A stretch of DNA of 61,412 nt, counting the filler. It is 2 parts of 2 records of this genome, joined end to end, with 100 filler letters (N's around TTAATTAATTAA, not from the genome) between each part and the next. Parts side by side here need not be neighbours in the genome. Positions count along the whole stretch, not along the records: positions 1 to 30,556 come from SRR20825019_1880; 1 more part is not named here. One strand, written 5' to 3'. Shown here piece after piece: positions 8,856-18,692 of the stretch. A program made the translations under genes and the position numbers. Within the stretch, counting starts at the first letter, position 1. The number at the start of each line of letters is the position of its first letter. A model generated the notes under the pieces. The model ran no database searches. It had not been told where the DNA came from and saw nothing but the letters and a program-made list of their open reading frames with translations.

Positions 8856-9606
8856 TGTCGATCAAGCGGGTGGAACCGAGACGCACCGCGCCGTAGCGGC
8901 GATCCGATTTATCTTCGATATAATCAACCACGAATCCCGCTTCACGCAACTGCTGTTCCGCCGTATGCGCATCGGGCGCGGATTTGAGAATCGCTGCAAA
9001 TTGCGGGGCAAGGGCGCGTTCTTCGGTCGACAATCGCACATTGCGCGAGCTCATCGCCAGGCCGTCCGCCTCGCGCACGGTGGAACAGGGGATGATTTCA
9101 GTATCGAGAAAAAAGGCGGCCACCATCCCGCGAATCAACTGAAGCTGCTGGTAATCCTTCTCTCCGAAATACGCGCGATCCGCTCCGATGATTTGCAACA
9201 GCTTCATCACCACCGTAAGCACCCCGGTAAAATGTCCGGGCCGATGCGCCCCACACAATTCGCGACTCAGGTCATCCTCTTGAACCGTGTAAGCCGTGCC
9301 GCCCGGATACATCTCCGCGACCGGCGGCATAAATAACACATCGACACCCGCCGCTTCCATTTTCTGCCGATCCGCCTCATCGGTGCGCGGGTAGTTTTCG
9401 AAGTCCGCCGACTCATCGAATTGCGTGGGATTCACAAACAGCGTCGCCACGACCACATCGCAATCGAGTCGCGCCGCCTCAAGCAGTGAGACGTGACCGG
9501 CATGCAGAGCACCCATCGTCGGCACCACCCCGATGATTTTACCGGACGCGAGATAAGTTTCCCGCAGCTTTCGCCAGTCTTCAACGGTATGCACGGTTTT
9601 CATCAT
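8842..9606 (-). CDS. panC: Pantoate-beta-alanine ligase
   Basis: PTMGALHAGH, FVNPTQF, FGEKDYQQ, GLAMSSRN, RLIDN. Confidence 0.95.
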   Translation of the reverse strand: MMKTVHTVEDWRKLRETYLASGKIIGVVPTMGALHAGHVSLLEAARLDCDVVVATLFVNPTQFDESADFENYPRTDEADRQKMEAAGVDVLFMPPVAEMYPGGTAYTVQEDDLSRELCGAHRPGHFTGVLTVVMKLLQIIGADRAYFGEKDYQQLQLIRGMVAAFFLDTEIIPCSTVREADGLAMSSRNVRLSTEERALAPQFAAILKSAPDAHTAEQQLREAGFVVDYIEDKSDRRYGAVRLGSTRLIDNVPR

Positions 9607-9607
9607 C

Positions 9608-10396
9608 TTAAAATGATTCCTTGGGTTGCGGAAAATCGCCCGTATGCACCGCGTGGGCGTAAGCATTCAGACCATCGCCTAATGATTCGTCGCCATGACG
9701 AAAGTGCCGAACAAACCGCGCCGTGAAATCCGGATTCAACCCGAGCAGATCGTGCCACACCAACACCTGCCCATCGCAGCTCACGCCGGCGCCAATCCCG
9801 ATCGTGGGGACCTTGGCTGACGCCGTGACTTCGGCGGCCAATTTCGCCGGGATGCATTCGAGCACGAAAGCAAATACGCCACAGCGTTCAAGCGATGTGG
9901 CGTCGGCCCGCAATATTTCCGCATCGGCCGGGGTTTTAGCCTGCACCTTATAATCGTCCGGCGAACTCACGCTTTGCGGGAGGAGACCGAGATGTCCCAT
10001 CACGGGTATGTTCGATTCGACTAAATGGCGGATCACCTCTTCGTGGCCGCGCACCCCTTCGATTTTCACGGCATCAGCACCGGCTTCGATCAGCGATCTC
10101 GCACATTGAAGCGCATATTCGGTGCCCTGTTGCGCGGATTGATACGGCATATCCGCCACGACAAATTTCCCCGGTTCACCGCTCGCCACCGCCTTCGTGT
10201 GTCGTGCCATCAATTCGGGAGTCGCGCCTCGCGTATTCTCTTCACCGTGCACGACCATCATCACGCTGTCCCCCACGAGCACACAGTCGACCGACGTCTC
10301 CGCGATCAATCGGGCGGAGTCGGCATCATAGGCCGTCACCATGGCGATCTTGCGGCCGGTGGTCTTGGCGTCGGAAAATTCACTAAGTGTCTTCAC
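9608..10396 (-). CDS. panB: 3-methyl-2-oxobutanoate hydroxymethyltransferase
   Basis: MVTAYD, LVGDS, VKIEG, GHLGLLPQS, IGIGAG..CDGQVLV; GTG start at 10396 inferred. Confidence 0.95.
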   Translation of the reverse strand: MKTLSEFSDAKTTGRKIAMVTAYDADSARLIAETSVDCVLVGDSVMMVVHGEENTRGATPELMARHTKAVASGEPGKFVVADMPYQSAQQGTEYALQCARSLIEAGADAVKIEGVRGHEEVIRHLVESNIPVMGHLGLLPQSVSSPDDYKVQAKTPADAEILRADATSLERCGVFAFVLECIPAKLAAEVTASAKVPTIGIGAGVSCDGQVLVWHDLLGLNPDFTARFVRHFRHGDESLGDGLNAYAHAVHTGDFPQPKESF

Positions 10397-10464
10397 GGAA
10401 CAGACCAACCAACGCCAATGACCGGAAACCGCAAGGGCCGCCTGCGTCATCCGACTGATCCGCG

Positions 10465-11538
10465 TCAGGGTTTGCCCAGATAATTCTCCACCTGCAGACG
10501 CCAGAGATCACTTTGGATCTGCTTCAGCATGGAAATGTTGATCTCCTTGCGCAAAGGACTCCGCAACGGCAGCGCGATGGCATAATCGCGCCGTTCGAAA
10601 ACACCGGGAAGGATCTGCAACTTCGGGTGCTTGTGCAGCTCATATTTGAGAATCGGTTCATCATAGACCCCCGCGGCGGCGGTGCCATCGGCGACCGACC
10701 GCATGACGCCATCGATGTCATCGAATGTCACCGTGTGCACTTTCATGCGCTTGAGATAGGTTTCGGCCGCCGAATCCGCCACCGTGGCGACAGTAAACCG
10801 TGGTAAATCCGCCGGTCCCCGCACATCGGTATCGAGCCGGCTGATCGTCAAAGAAGACGCAATCTGCGCGGTAAAACCTGAAATTATAATCACGCTGGTA
10901 AACATCCAGACCAGCGCCACCAGTCGGCCACCGACCGTGCGTGGCGATTTGTCCCCATAACCCACCGTTGTCATCGTGACGGCCGACCACCAGAACGCGG
11001 CACCCAGTCCGTGGGCAGGAGGACCACCAAACTGTTCCGCATTTGCTTTCCGTTCAAACAGCCACACCCCGAAACCAGCCGCGAGCAGGACCACACTGAG
11101 TGCCAAAATCACCTTGAGAAACCCCACGGAAAAAAAAGCTTTCAGAATCACCCACCAACTGTGGGAACTGCCTTTCGGGACGACGATGGCGAACCCTGCG
11201 GTATGATAGGGTTGGCTGAAATCGACCTTTTCCGCCCGTTCCGATGTCACCGTAATCGCAGCGATCGAGGCATCCAGCGAACCGTCCGCGACACTCTCGA
11301 TCAACGTCTCCGGCTCACCCATTTCGCGCCACTCATACTTCAGCTCTAGCTCGCGCGCCACTTCCTCCCAAAGGGTAATCCCGAGTCCGGTCCACGCCCC
11401 ATCTTCGCCTTTCATCGCAAAAGGCGGTGCCTCCCGGGTGCCCACGATCATTGTCTCCCTTTCTGCTGCCAATCCCCCCAGAGCCGATGTCATCGCCAAC
11501 ATCATTCCGCAGAACCAAATACTCAGTTTAGCCTTCAT
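10465..11538 (-). CDS. GluR0-like ligand-gated potassium channel (split family 3 SBP around a 2TM K+ pore)
   Basis: Signal peptide, S1 (APPF...ITVTSERAEKVDFSQPY), TM, pore WWSAVTMTTVGYGD, TM (FTAQIASSLT), S2; start inferred at MKAKLS. Confidence 0.85.
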   Translation of the reverse strand: MKAKLSIWFCGMMLAMTSALGGLAAERETMIVGTREAPPFAMKGEDGAWTGLGITLWEEVARELELKYEWREMGEPETLIESVADGSLDASIAAITVTSERAEKVDFSQPYHTAGFAIVVPKGSSHSWWVILKAFFSVGFLKVILALSVVLLAAGFGVWLFERKANAEQFGGPPAHGLGAAFWWSAVTMTTVGYGDKSPRTVGGRLVALVWMFTSVIIISGFTAQIASSLTISRLDTDVRGPADLPRFTVATVADSAAETYLKRMKVHTVTFDDIDGVMRSVADGTAAAGVYDEPILKYELHKHPKLQILPGVFERRDYAIALPLRSPLRKEINISMLKQIQSDLWRLQVENYLGKP

Positions 11539-11662
11539 GCCCATCTGCATAACAAGCGGCACCCGATTGCACAACCCCACGGAATCCACGCTTTCCCCAA
11601 CAAGTCCGCTGTGTTTGGATATGACACAGCCCCACAACATTTCCCCAGACGAAAACACCCCT

Positions 11663-13279
11663 ATGAAGATCGGTCCATTCATTCTCTCTCTCTCTACCGT
11701 AGTGATCCTCGGCTTCAGCTCAGCCTGTGGTTCCCGGGAAACCCAAGTGGAGAAAGCCACCCGCGAAGGGATCATGATTGTCGGCAATGGTGCGGAACCC
11801 TCCGATCTTGATCCGCAAACGATCACGGGCATTCCCGAGAGAAATGTCGTTGCCACACTCTTTGAAGGCCTTACCCGGGTCGATCCCGAGACCCTCGAAG
11901 CCCGCCCCGGAGTCGCCAAAAGTTGGGACGTCACGCCCGACGGGTTAACCTATACTTTTCACCTGCGCGAGGGCGTCACCTGGTCGGACGGCGAGCCGTT
12001 GGATGCGCATGATTTCCACGCTTCGTGGCGACGGATGCTCGCGCCACAACTGGGTTCCGACAATTCCGATCAACTCTACGATGTCCTCAACGCCGAGGCC
12101 TTTCACAAGGGCAAGATCGATGATTTCAGCGAGGTTGGGTTCCGCGTGATCGATGATCTGACCCTCGAAATCAAACTGAGTCATCCCGCCAGCTTTCTGC
12201 TCAAAACCATGGCCTCACGCACCTGGGTGCCGGTGCCGCTGCATGTTATCGAAAAATTCGGCGATCCACTCATCCCCGGTTCGCCCTGGACCCGGCCCGG
12301 CAACATCGTGGGCAACGGTCCCTTCGTGCTGAAAGAATGGAAACCCAACAGCTTCATCGAAGTGGAGCGCAATCCGAGTTACTGGAATCACGATTCCGTA
12401 AAGCTGAACGGGATCCGATTCATCCCGATGGAAAACCAGCCCGCCGAAGAAGCGGCCTTCCGGTCCGGACAACTCCATAAAACCGAACGCGTGCCCCTGA
12501 CGAAAATCGCCGTCTATCAGCGCGACGCTCCCGAGAAACTGCACATCCATCCGTATTCCGGCGTCTATTATTACAACTTCAACGTCACCCAACCGCCGTT
12601 TGATAACGTGCTCGTGCGACGCGCGCTGGCGATGGCCGTCGACCGCGAAAGTCTGGTCAACAACGTGACCCTCGCCGGTGAAATCCCCGCCTACCATTTC
12701 ACGCCCGAAGGCATCGGCGGTTACGTGAGCCGATCACGCACCAAGCTCGATTTTGACGAGGCGCGACGCCTCTTGGCCGAAGCCGGATATCCCGGCGGAA
12801 AAGGGATGCCGCCGATCACGCTGCTCTACAATACCGCGGAAAATCACCGCGTGATCGCCGAAGCCATCCAGCAAACCTGGAAGCACGAACTCGGCATCGA
12901 CATCAAATTGGAGAATCAGGAATGGAAGGTCTACCTCGACAACATGCAGCACGGTTTCTTCCAGATCTGTCGCGCCGGACTGATCATGGATCCCTACGAC
13001 CCCTCGCAATTTCTCCGCGTGTTTACTTCCGATAACGGTTTCAACCGCACCGGCTGGGCCAATCCCGAATACGACCGGCTCTACGACGAAGTCATGAACA
13101 CGGCCGATGACGCCGTGCGGATGGAACTCATGCAGCAGATGGAAAAAATCCTCACCGAAGCCATGCCCATTCTCCCTGTTTACTATTACACCAACCAATA
13201 CCTGATGGACCCCAGCGTGAAAGGCTGGGCCGACAACCTCCTCGCCCTCGGCCCCTTCGAACGCGTCTGGCTGGAGTGA
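11663..13279 (+). CDS. oppA: Oligopeptide ABC transporter substrate-binding lipoprotein (OppA-like)
   Basis: Lipobox FSSAC, EPSDLDP, LFEGL, YTFHLR..WSDG, NGPF, VRRALAMAVDR; no permease genes adjacent. Confidence 0.85.
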   Translation: MKIGPFILSLSTVVILGFSSACGSRETQVEKATREGIMIVGNGAEPSDLDPQTITGIPERNVVATLFEGLTRVDPETLEARPGVAKSWDVTPDGLTYTFHLREGVTWSDGEPLDAHDFHASWRRMLAPQLGSDNSDQLYDVLNAEAFHKGKIDDFSEVGFRVIDDLTLEIKLSHPASFLLKTMASRTWVPVPLHVIEKFGDPLIPGSPWTRPGNIVGNGPFVLKEWKPNSFIEVERNPSYWNHDSVKLNGIRFIPMENQPAEEAAFRSGQLHKTERVPLTKIAVYQRDAPEKLHIHPYSGVYYYNFNVTQPPFDNVLVRRALAMAVDRESLVNNVTLAGEIPAYHFTPEGIGGYVSRSRTKLDFDEARRLLAEAGYPGGKGMPPITLLYNTAENHRVIAEAIQQTWKHELGIDIKLENQEWKVYLDNMQHGFFQICRAGLIMDPYDPSQFLRVFTSDNGFNRTGWANPEYDRLYDEVMNTADDAVRMELMQQMEKILTEAMPILPVYYYTNQYLMDPSVKGWADNLLALGPFERVWLE

Positions 13280-13288
13280 TCAGGCACC

Positions 13289-13315
13289 AAAAAGCGCGGT
13301 CGATTTGACCGCGCT
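13289..13315 (-). terminator. Intrinsic terminator downstream of the PEP-CTERM gene
   Basis: AAAAAGCGCGGTC-GATTT-GACCGCGCT hairpin with a U-tract on the minus strand. Confidence 0.75.
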
Positions 13316-13355
13316 GGTGAGGGTTTGAGTGGCTCTCGAGGCTTAGTCGCCTGCT

Positions 13356-13982
13356 TTAGACTGCGATCTGACGGCGGCGGCGGAACACGATGGTGAGACC
13401 GAGCGTAGCGAGACCGGCTAGAGCCGCATAGGTGCTTGGCTCGGGCACGGCTGAGACGAGCCCGGACAGAGCAGTGTTGTTGTTAGAGAGCAAAAAGAGA
13501 TCACCGGTAAATGTCTGGATTGCCTGCGAATTGAAACTGCCGTTACCAGTCGTAATATAGCTACCTGACAAAAGGGAAAAGGTATCACCAGCCGTGACTG
13601 ATGTGGTAGCGAAGACAATGAATCCATCATTGACGGTCAGGTCACCGTTGCTGTTGCCATTGTCGTAGAATGTATTGGTGCCTGCCAAGGCCTGCACAGA
13701 ACCACCATTGATTCTGTAGCTCAGGCCGCTATCGAGAGCGACAGTCGTCGTGGTTCCATCCGAAGTCACCCAATTATCAAATACAATGCCGTAGAGTAGG
13801 CCGGAGCTCGTCACTTCAAAGGTTATGGGACTCGCGATATTCAGGGTTCCCTGGCCAGCGACTTGATTAATCGTCCCGCCCACGATGATCTGCGCACTCG
13901 CGGCAACGGACAGGCTCATCAAAACGACGGCCAGTGCGAGCCGTCGTAGGCAAAAAGTGCTCGGGTGGGCGAGGGCAAGCAT
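13356..13982 (-). CDS. PEP-CTERM sorting domain protein
   Basis: Signal peptide, Ser/Thr/Gly/Asn-rich body, C-terminal VPEPSTYAALAGLATLGLTIVFRRRR. Confidence 0.92.
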   Translation of the reverse strand: MLALAHPSTFCLRRLALAVVLMSLSVAASAQIIVGGTINQVAGQGTLNIASPITFEVTSSGLLYGIVFDNWVTSDGTTTTVALDSGLSYRINGGSVQALAGTNTFYDNGNSNGDLTVNDGFIVFATTSVTAGDTFSLLSGSYITTGNGSFNSQAIQTFTGDLFLLSNNNTALSGLVSAVPEPSTYAALAGLATLGLTIVFRRRRQIAV

Positions 13983-14074
13983 ATGAAACCCCTTAAAAAA
14001 GCGCTGGATTTGAGTCAATTTGAAAACCGATGACCTCAACTAGAGTCGATTGATCATTTCTTCTTTGTTACCAC

Positions 14075-14103
14075 AAAAAAGCGCGGTCGTGATGACCGCG
14101 CTT
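14075..14103 (-). terminator. Intrinsic terminator of gnd
   Basis: AAAAAAGCGCGGTC-GTGAT-GACCGCGCTT, about 25 nt after the gnd stop. Confidence 0.8.
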
Positions 14104-14127
14104 GAGAGGGATTAAACTGTCGTTCGA

Positions 14128-15639
14128 TTACATATCGAGCTGAGGACGGGACGCCTCGGGCCAGTCGATGTGGTAGAACTTGCCGCGTTTTTGGTCGACG
14201 CGCTCGTAGGTGTGCGCACCGAAGTAGTCGCGTTGGGCTTGGAGCAGGTTCGCGGGCAGGCGAGCCGAACGGTAGCTGTCGTAGTAGGCGAGTGACGAGC
14301 TGAAGGTCGGGGCAGGCACGCCGCATTCAGCCGCGAGAGCCACCACCTTACGCCAGTTGGCCTGTGCCTTCTGCACGGTCTTGTTGAAATACGGATCGAG
14401 CAAGAGATTCGCGAGCTTGGGGTTGCGGGCGTAGGCTTCGGTAATCTTCTGAAGGAAGGCTGCCCGAATGATGCAACCACCGCGCCAGATCTGGGCGATT
14501 TGGCCGAAATTGAGCTTCCAGTTGTATTCCTTCTGAGCTTCACGCATGAGCTGGAAACCCTGCGCGTAGGAACAGATCTTCGAGCAGTATAGCGCATCGT
14601 GGATGGCTTCGATCAGCTCCTTCTTTTTGGAAGCAGGAACCTTCTTTACCTTCGGACCCTTGAGGAGTTTGGAAGCAGCTACGCGCTCTTCCTTGATGGC
14701 AGAGATGCAGCGGGCAAAGACGGATTCAGCGATGGTTGGAGCAGGCACGCCCATATCGAGCGCGTTGGTCGAGGTCCACTTACCGGTGCCTTTTTGGCCG
14801 GCGGTATCGAGAACGACATCGACGAAGGCCTTCCGCTTGTTGGTCGGATCCTTCTGCTTGAGAATGTCAGCGGTGATTTCGATCAAGAAGCTGTCGAGCG
14901 CGCCGGCATTCCATTCGGTGAAGATCTCGCCCATTTCCTTGGGCTTGATTCCGAGGATACCCTGCATGAGCGCGTAAGCCTCACAGATCATTTGCATGTC
15001 ACCATACTCGATGCCGTTGTGAACCATCTTCACGTAATGACCGGCACCGTTGGCCCCGATATGAGTCGTGCAAGGGACGCCGCCCTTCACAGGTTTGCCG
15101 GGGGCTGCGCCTTCAAGTGGCTTGCCGGTCTTCTTGTCCACCTTGGCCGCGATCGCGTTCCAAATGGGTTTGAGCTCTTTCCAAGCCCCCTTGTCACCGC
15201 CTGGCATGAGGGACGGGCCGAAACGCGCACCCTCTTCGCCACCGGAAACACCGGAGCCCACGAAACGCAGTCCCTTTTCGGCCAGGTCCTTTTCGCGACG
15301 GATCGTATCCGTCCAAAGAGCATTGCCGCCGTCGATGATGATATCGTCCTTATCGAGCAGAGGCACGAGGCCATCGATCACCGCATCCGTGGCGCGACCG
15401 GCTTGCACAAGGATGATCATCTTGCGGGGCTTGGCCAAAGACTGAATGAATTCCTTAACCGTTTTTGTGCCGACCAAGCCACCGGGCGTGTCGGGATTTT
15501 CTGCAACGAACTTGTCGGTCTTCTCGGTCGTGCGGTTAAAAACCGAGATTTTGAAGCCGTGATCGGCGATATTGAGAGCGAGATTTTGGCCCATCACGGC
15601 AAGCCCGATGAGTCCGATGTCTGAGAGTTCTTTAGCCAT
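14128..15639 (-). CDS. gnd: NADP-dependent 6-phosphogluconate dehydrogenase
   Basis: [49 protein letters not shown]. Confidence 0.97.
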   Translation of the reverse strand: MAKELSDIGLIGLAVMGQNLALNIADHGFKISVFNRTTEKTDKFVAENPDTPGGLVGTKTVKEFIQSLAKPRKMIILVQAGRATDAVIDGLVPLLDKDDIIIDGGNALWTDTIRREKDLAEKGLRFVGSGVSGGEEGARFGPSLMPGGDKGAWKELKPIWNAIAAKVDKKTGKPLEGAAPGKPVKGGVPCTTHIGANGAGHYVKMVHNGIEYGDMQMICEAYALMQGILGIKPKEMGEIFTEWNAGALDSFLIEITADILKQKDPTNKRKAFVDVVLDTAGQKGTGKWTSTNALDMGVPAPTIAESVFARCISAIKEERVAASKLLKGPKVKKVPASKKKELIEAIHDALYCSKICSYAQGFQLMREAQKEYNWKLNFGQIAQIWRGGCIIRAAFLQKITEAYARNPKLANLLLDPYFNKTVQKAQANWRKVVALAAECGVPAPTFSSSLAYYDSYRSARLPANLLQAQRDYFGAHTYERVDQKRGKFYHIDWPEASRPQLDM

Positions 15640-15743
15640 AGCTACCAGAAGTGGTAGCGGATGTGCGGGCAAAAACCACCTGTTTTTTCAAAACTAGGAA
15701 AGAAACCTCGAAGCGATCGGTGATTCTCGAGTCTAAATCACGC

Positions 15744-16025
15744 TCACCAATTCGAAGTCGTTCCCTTTGACGGGAAGAACGGCGCGATGAAATTGATCGC
15801 GGGGGTCAGGAACTTCGGCTCATTGCGCTCATAGATCCAGTTGAAGCCCAACACGGTCACAATCAGAAAGATCGAGACGCTCAACATGACCTTGTTCATC
15901 TGCGAAATGCTCCGCATCAACACGATGCTGAGGGCAAAGATTGCCACAATGGAGAACATTTTGAGCCAGAATTCCACCGGAACCCGTTCCAATTTCTCCA
16001 TAGTCGTAAGCGCAAATAGGAGCAT
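15744..16025 (-). CDS. Small hypothetical membrane protein
   Basis: Two hydrophobic segments; co-oriented with its neighbours and fills the intergenic gap. Confidence 0.65.
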   Translation of the reverse strand: MLLFALTTMEKLERVPVEFWLKMFSIVAIFALSIVLMRSISQMNKVMLSVSIFLIVTVLGFNWIYERNEPKFLTPAINFIAPFFPSKGTTSNW

Positions 16026-16083
16026 GGTCAGAAAATAGAGTAAAAGGTTCGCAAGACGAGCGGATTAGCAGGATTGGAAATTT

Positions 16084-16530
16084 TCATACTTTTTTTGGAT
16101 TCTCTGCTCCGACACCACGCGTCGCACAATTGATCCATTCGCTGACCCCATCCACATAATGTTCCTTCTTCCAAATCGGCACCCGCGCCTTCACTTCATC
16201 GATCACATAGCAGCAGGCATCGAAAGCACCTCCACGATGCGCGGCCGTCACGCCCACCCAGACCGCGAGATCGCCGATCTGCAGCGATCCGGTGCGGTGC
16301 TCGCAAACAATCGATTCCACGCCGAACTTCCCGCGAGCCTCCTCCAAAATGCGCTGGCCCTCCGTTTCGGCCAGTTCCGGGTAAGCCTCGTAATCGAGCG
16401 CCCGCACCGGCTTGCCCTCGTTGTGATTGCGCACCCAACCCTCAAACGTCACGCAGGCCCCGGCATGAGCGTCGGCGAGAGTCGCTTTCAGTGACTCGAT
16501 GTCGATCGGTTCGGAAACAATCTTGAACAT
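16084..16530 (-). CDS. moaE: Molybdopterin synthase catalytic subunit
   Basis: GACVTFEGWVRNHN, LDYEAY, HRTG, PIWKKE. Confidence 0.95.
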   Translation of the reverse strand: MFKIVSEPIDIESLKATLADAHAGACVTFEGWVRNHNEGKPVRALDYEAYPELAETEGQRILEEARGKFGVESIVCEHRTGSLQIGDLAVWVGVTAAHRGGAFDACCYVIDEVKARVPIWKKEHYVDGVSEWINCATRGVGAENPKKV

Positions 16531-16533
16531 GGC

Positions 16534-16776
16534 TCAACCTCCCGCAACCGGGGGAATAAACACGATCGAGTCACCTGTCTTCAAAACGGCATCGGCCGCG
16601 ACAAACTCGCCGTTGACCGCCGCACGCACGCGATCCGCCGGCAGCGTAAAGGCATGTTTCGCCCGCAGCTCCTCGTAAAGTTCGGTGGGAGTCGTCGCCG
16701 CAGTCTCCAGCTCTTCCTCGTTCGCACCCCGCTGTTCGCGGAGCAGGGCAAAATATTGAATCTGTAGAGTGATCAC
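16534..16776 (-). CDS. moaD: Molybdopterin synthase sulfur carrier
   Basis: YFALLRE, AVN, C-terminal PPVAGG. Confidence 0.95.
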   Translation of the reverse strand: MITLQIQYFALLREQRGANEEELETAATTPTELYEELRAKHAFTLPADRVRAAVNGEFVAADAVLKTGDSIVFIPPVAGG

Positions 16777-17246
16777 GTCGCCTGATAGTCGCTCTTCCCG
16801 CCGGTTTTTTCAACCAGTCGCGTCTCTTTAATCACGATATTTTTGGAAACCGCCTTGCCCATATCGTAGAGCGTCAGGGCAGCGACACTCGCGCCGGTGA
16901 GCGCTTCCATCTCCACGCCGGTTTTCGCGTGGGTCTGCGCACGGCAATGAATTGTCACCTCGCGTCCGTCCTTCGATATTTCGATTTCGATCTGACAATC
17001 ATCCAACGGCAACGGATGACACAGCGGGATCAGACTGCTGGTCTGCTTCGCTCCCATCACTCCGGCGAGAATCGCGGTCTGAAAGATCGGGCCCTTCTTC
17101 GTCGCGATATCACCCTCATGCAACAGAGCGGCCAACGCTTCGGGCAACGCGACCACCGACACCGCATGCGCCGTGCGTTTGGTCACCGCCTTGTCGCCCA
17201 CGTTGACCATGGCAGGCTGTCCTTGAGCATTGAGATGAGAGAGCAT
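16773..17246 (-). CDS. moaC: Cyclic pyranopterin monophosphate synthase
   Basis: LSH..MV, LIPLCHP, TGVEMEAL, KTGGKS. Confidence 0.95.
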   Translation of the reverse strand: MLSHLNAQGQPAMVNVGDKAVTKRTAHAVSVVALPEALAALLHEGDIATKKGPIFQTAILAGVMGAKQTSSLIPLCHPLPLDDCQIEIEISKDGREVTIHCRAQTHAKTGVEMEALTGASVAALTLYDMGKAVSKNIVIKETRLVEKTGGKSDYQAT

Positions 17247-17257
17247 GATGGAATCAC

Positions 17258-18463
17258 TCAAACCCACGGCCAGTAGTTGGCAACCGTTCCGGCAGGAAAC
17301 TCCGACTGTTCCGCCTCGAGTTCCAGAAACCCGTCGGTGCCCACGAGTCCCGCAAAATCACCGGACGTATTCGTCGGCAGGGGACGCGCGACCTGCGAAC
17401 CGTCGCCCCGATCAATCAGCATTACCGGCATGAATCGGGCGAGGGGCGGTTTAAATGTGACCGCTTGCTCCAGCGCCATCGTGCGCGGAGTCGCGCCACC
17501 CAGACCCGCTGCCTGCTTGAGCGCGGGAATCGCATAGCGGTGCAGACACGTGTAAGCCGAAACCGGATTTCCCGGCAGGGCAAAGACCGCGATCTGCCGG
17601 GGACCAATCCCAAACCAAAACGGTTTGCCCGGACGTTGGGCGACCCCGTGAAACACCTTTTTCACTTCGAGCGATTCGAGCACTTCCGGCAGGTAATCAA
17701 ACTTCCCCTTCGATACGCCCCCGGTTAGCAACACCACATCGAATTCCGCGAGAATGTGCCACGCCTGGTGCTCAATCTCATGCTTCATATCGTGCAGGAG
17801 AAACCGTTCGACCAGCGGAAAACCCGCCGCAATCAGCGCAGCCCGCAACGCATAATCATTACTCCGGCGCACCTGATGCGGGGCGACGATCGCATCGACC
17901 TCGACCAACTCATCCCCCGTGCTCACCACCGCGATTTTCGGCTGGCGCGTCACCTGTAACGTCGCGCAACCGCAGCTTGCCGCGACCGCGATTTCACGAC
18001 CCGTTAACGTTGTGCCGGCCTCCACCACCAGCGAGCCGTTCGCATAATCGGAACCCCGCCCATGCACGCTTTGTCCCGGCGCGATCTCGACACCATCGGC
18101 CACGGTCATCGTGTTTTCCTCGCGCGATGTTTCCTCGTAGGGCACCACGCAATCCGCGCCCGCCGGCAACACCGCGCCGGTCATGATCTCGATGCACGCA
18201 TTCGGCTCCGGATTTAATTCCATCGCGCGCATCCCCGCCGCCTGCGTGGCTTGAATCGTAAATGTCCACTGACCTTCTTTGAGATCCGCGGCCCGCAAGG
18301 CGTAACCATCCATCGTCACCCGATCAAACGGAGGCAGATCCCGATCGGTGCGAATCGCCTGTCGAAGGATCCGACCATGCGCTTCCGTCAAGGGACAGCT
18401 TTCGATCGGCCACGACGGCATCCGTTGGAGGATTTCTTTTTCGGCTTCAGCAGGAGTAAGCAT
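17258..18463 (-). CDS. moeA: Molybdopterin molybdotransferase
   Basis: PPFDRVTMDGYA, IMTGAVLP, STGDEL, GGVSKG, PGKP, LPGNPVS. Confidence 0.95.
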   Translation of the reverse strand: MLTPAEAEKEILQRMPSWPIESCPLTEAHGRILRQAIRTDRDLPPFDRVTMDGYALRAADLKEGQWTFTIQATQAAGMRAMELNPEPNACIEIMTGAVLPAGADCVVPYEETSREENTMTVADGVEIAPGQSVHGRGSDYANGSLVVEAGTTLTGREIAVAASCGCATLQVTRQPKIAVVSTGDELVEVDAIVAPHQVRRSNDYALRAALIAAGFPLVERFLLHDMKHEIEHQAWHILAEFDVVLLTGGVSKGKFDYLPEVLESLEVKKVFHGVAQRPGKPFWFGIGPRQIAVFALPGNPVSAYTCLHRYAIPALKQAAGLGGATPRTMALEQAVTFKPPLARFMPVMLIDRGDGSQVARPLPTNTSGDFAGLVGTDGFLELEAEQSEFPAGTVANYWPWV

Positions 18464-18692
18464 GGAACGACAAACGTGATATCCTCAAAGATCAGGGTCA
18501 GCGAAAAAATCAAAGGCCCTCAGACTGCTATCTTCACAGAGAGCAGAGGCTGTCGTGATCCATCGGGTCTCGACGAAAGACCAAGATACCCAGCGTCAAG
18601 ATCAGGCACCGGGCAGCCCACTTTTTCAATCAGCATTACTGACCCCCGCGCGGAGGCTCGGTCCGGGCGTGAGCCATCAACATGTCTGTCAC

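Noticed and set aside
11438-11934. Apparent 500-bp head-to-head overlap of the channel and oppA ORFs
   Set aside because: Signal peptides place the likely starts near 11538 and 11663, which removes the overlap.
16534-16776. MoaD as a ubiquitin-like defence protein
   Set aside because: It sits between moaC and moaE in an ordinary molybdopterin cluster.
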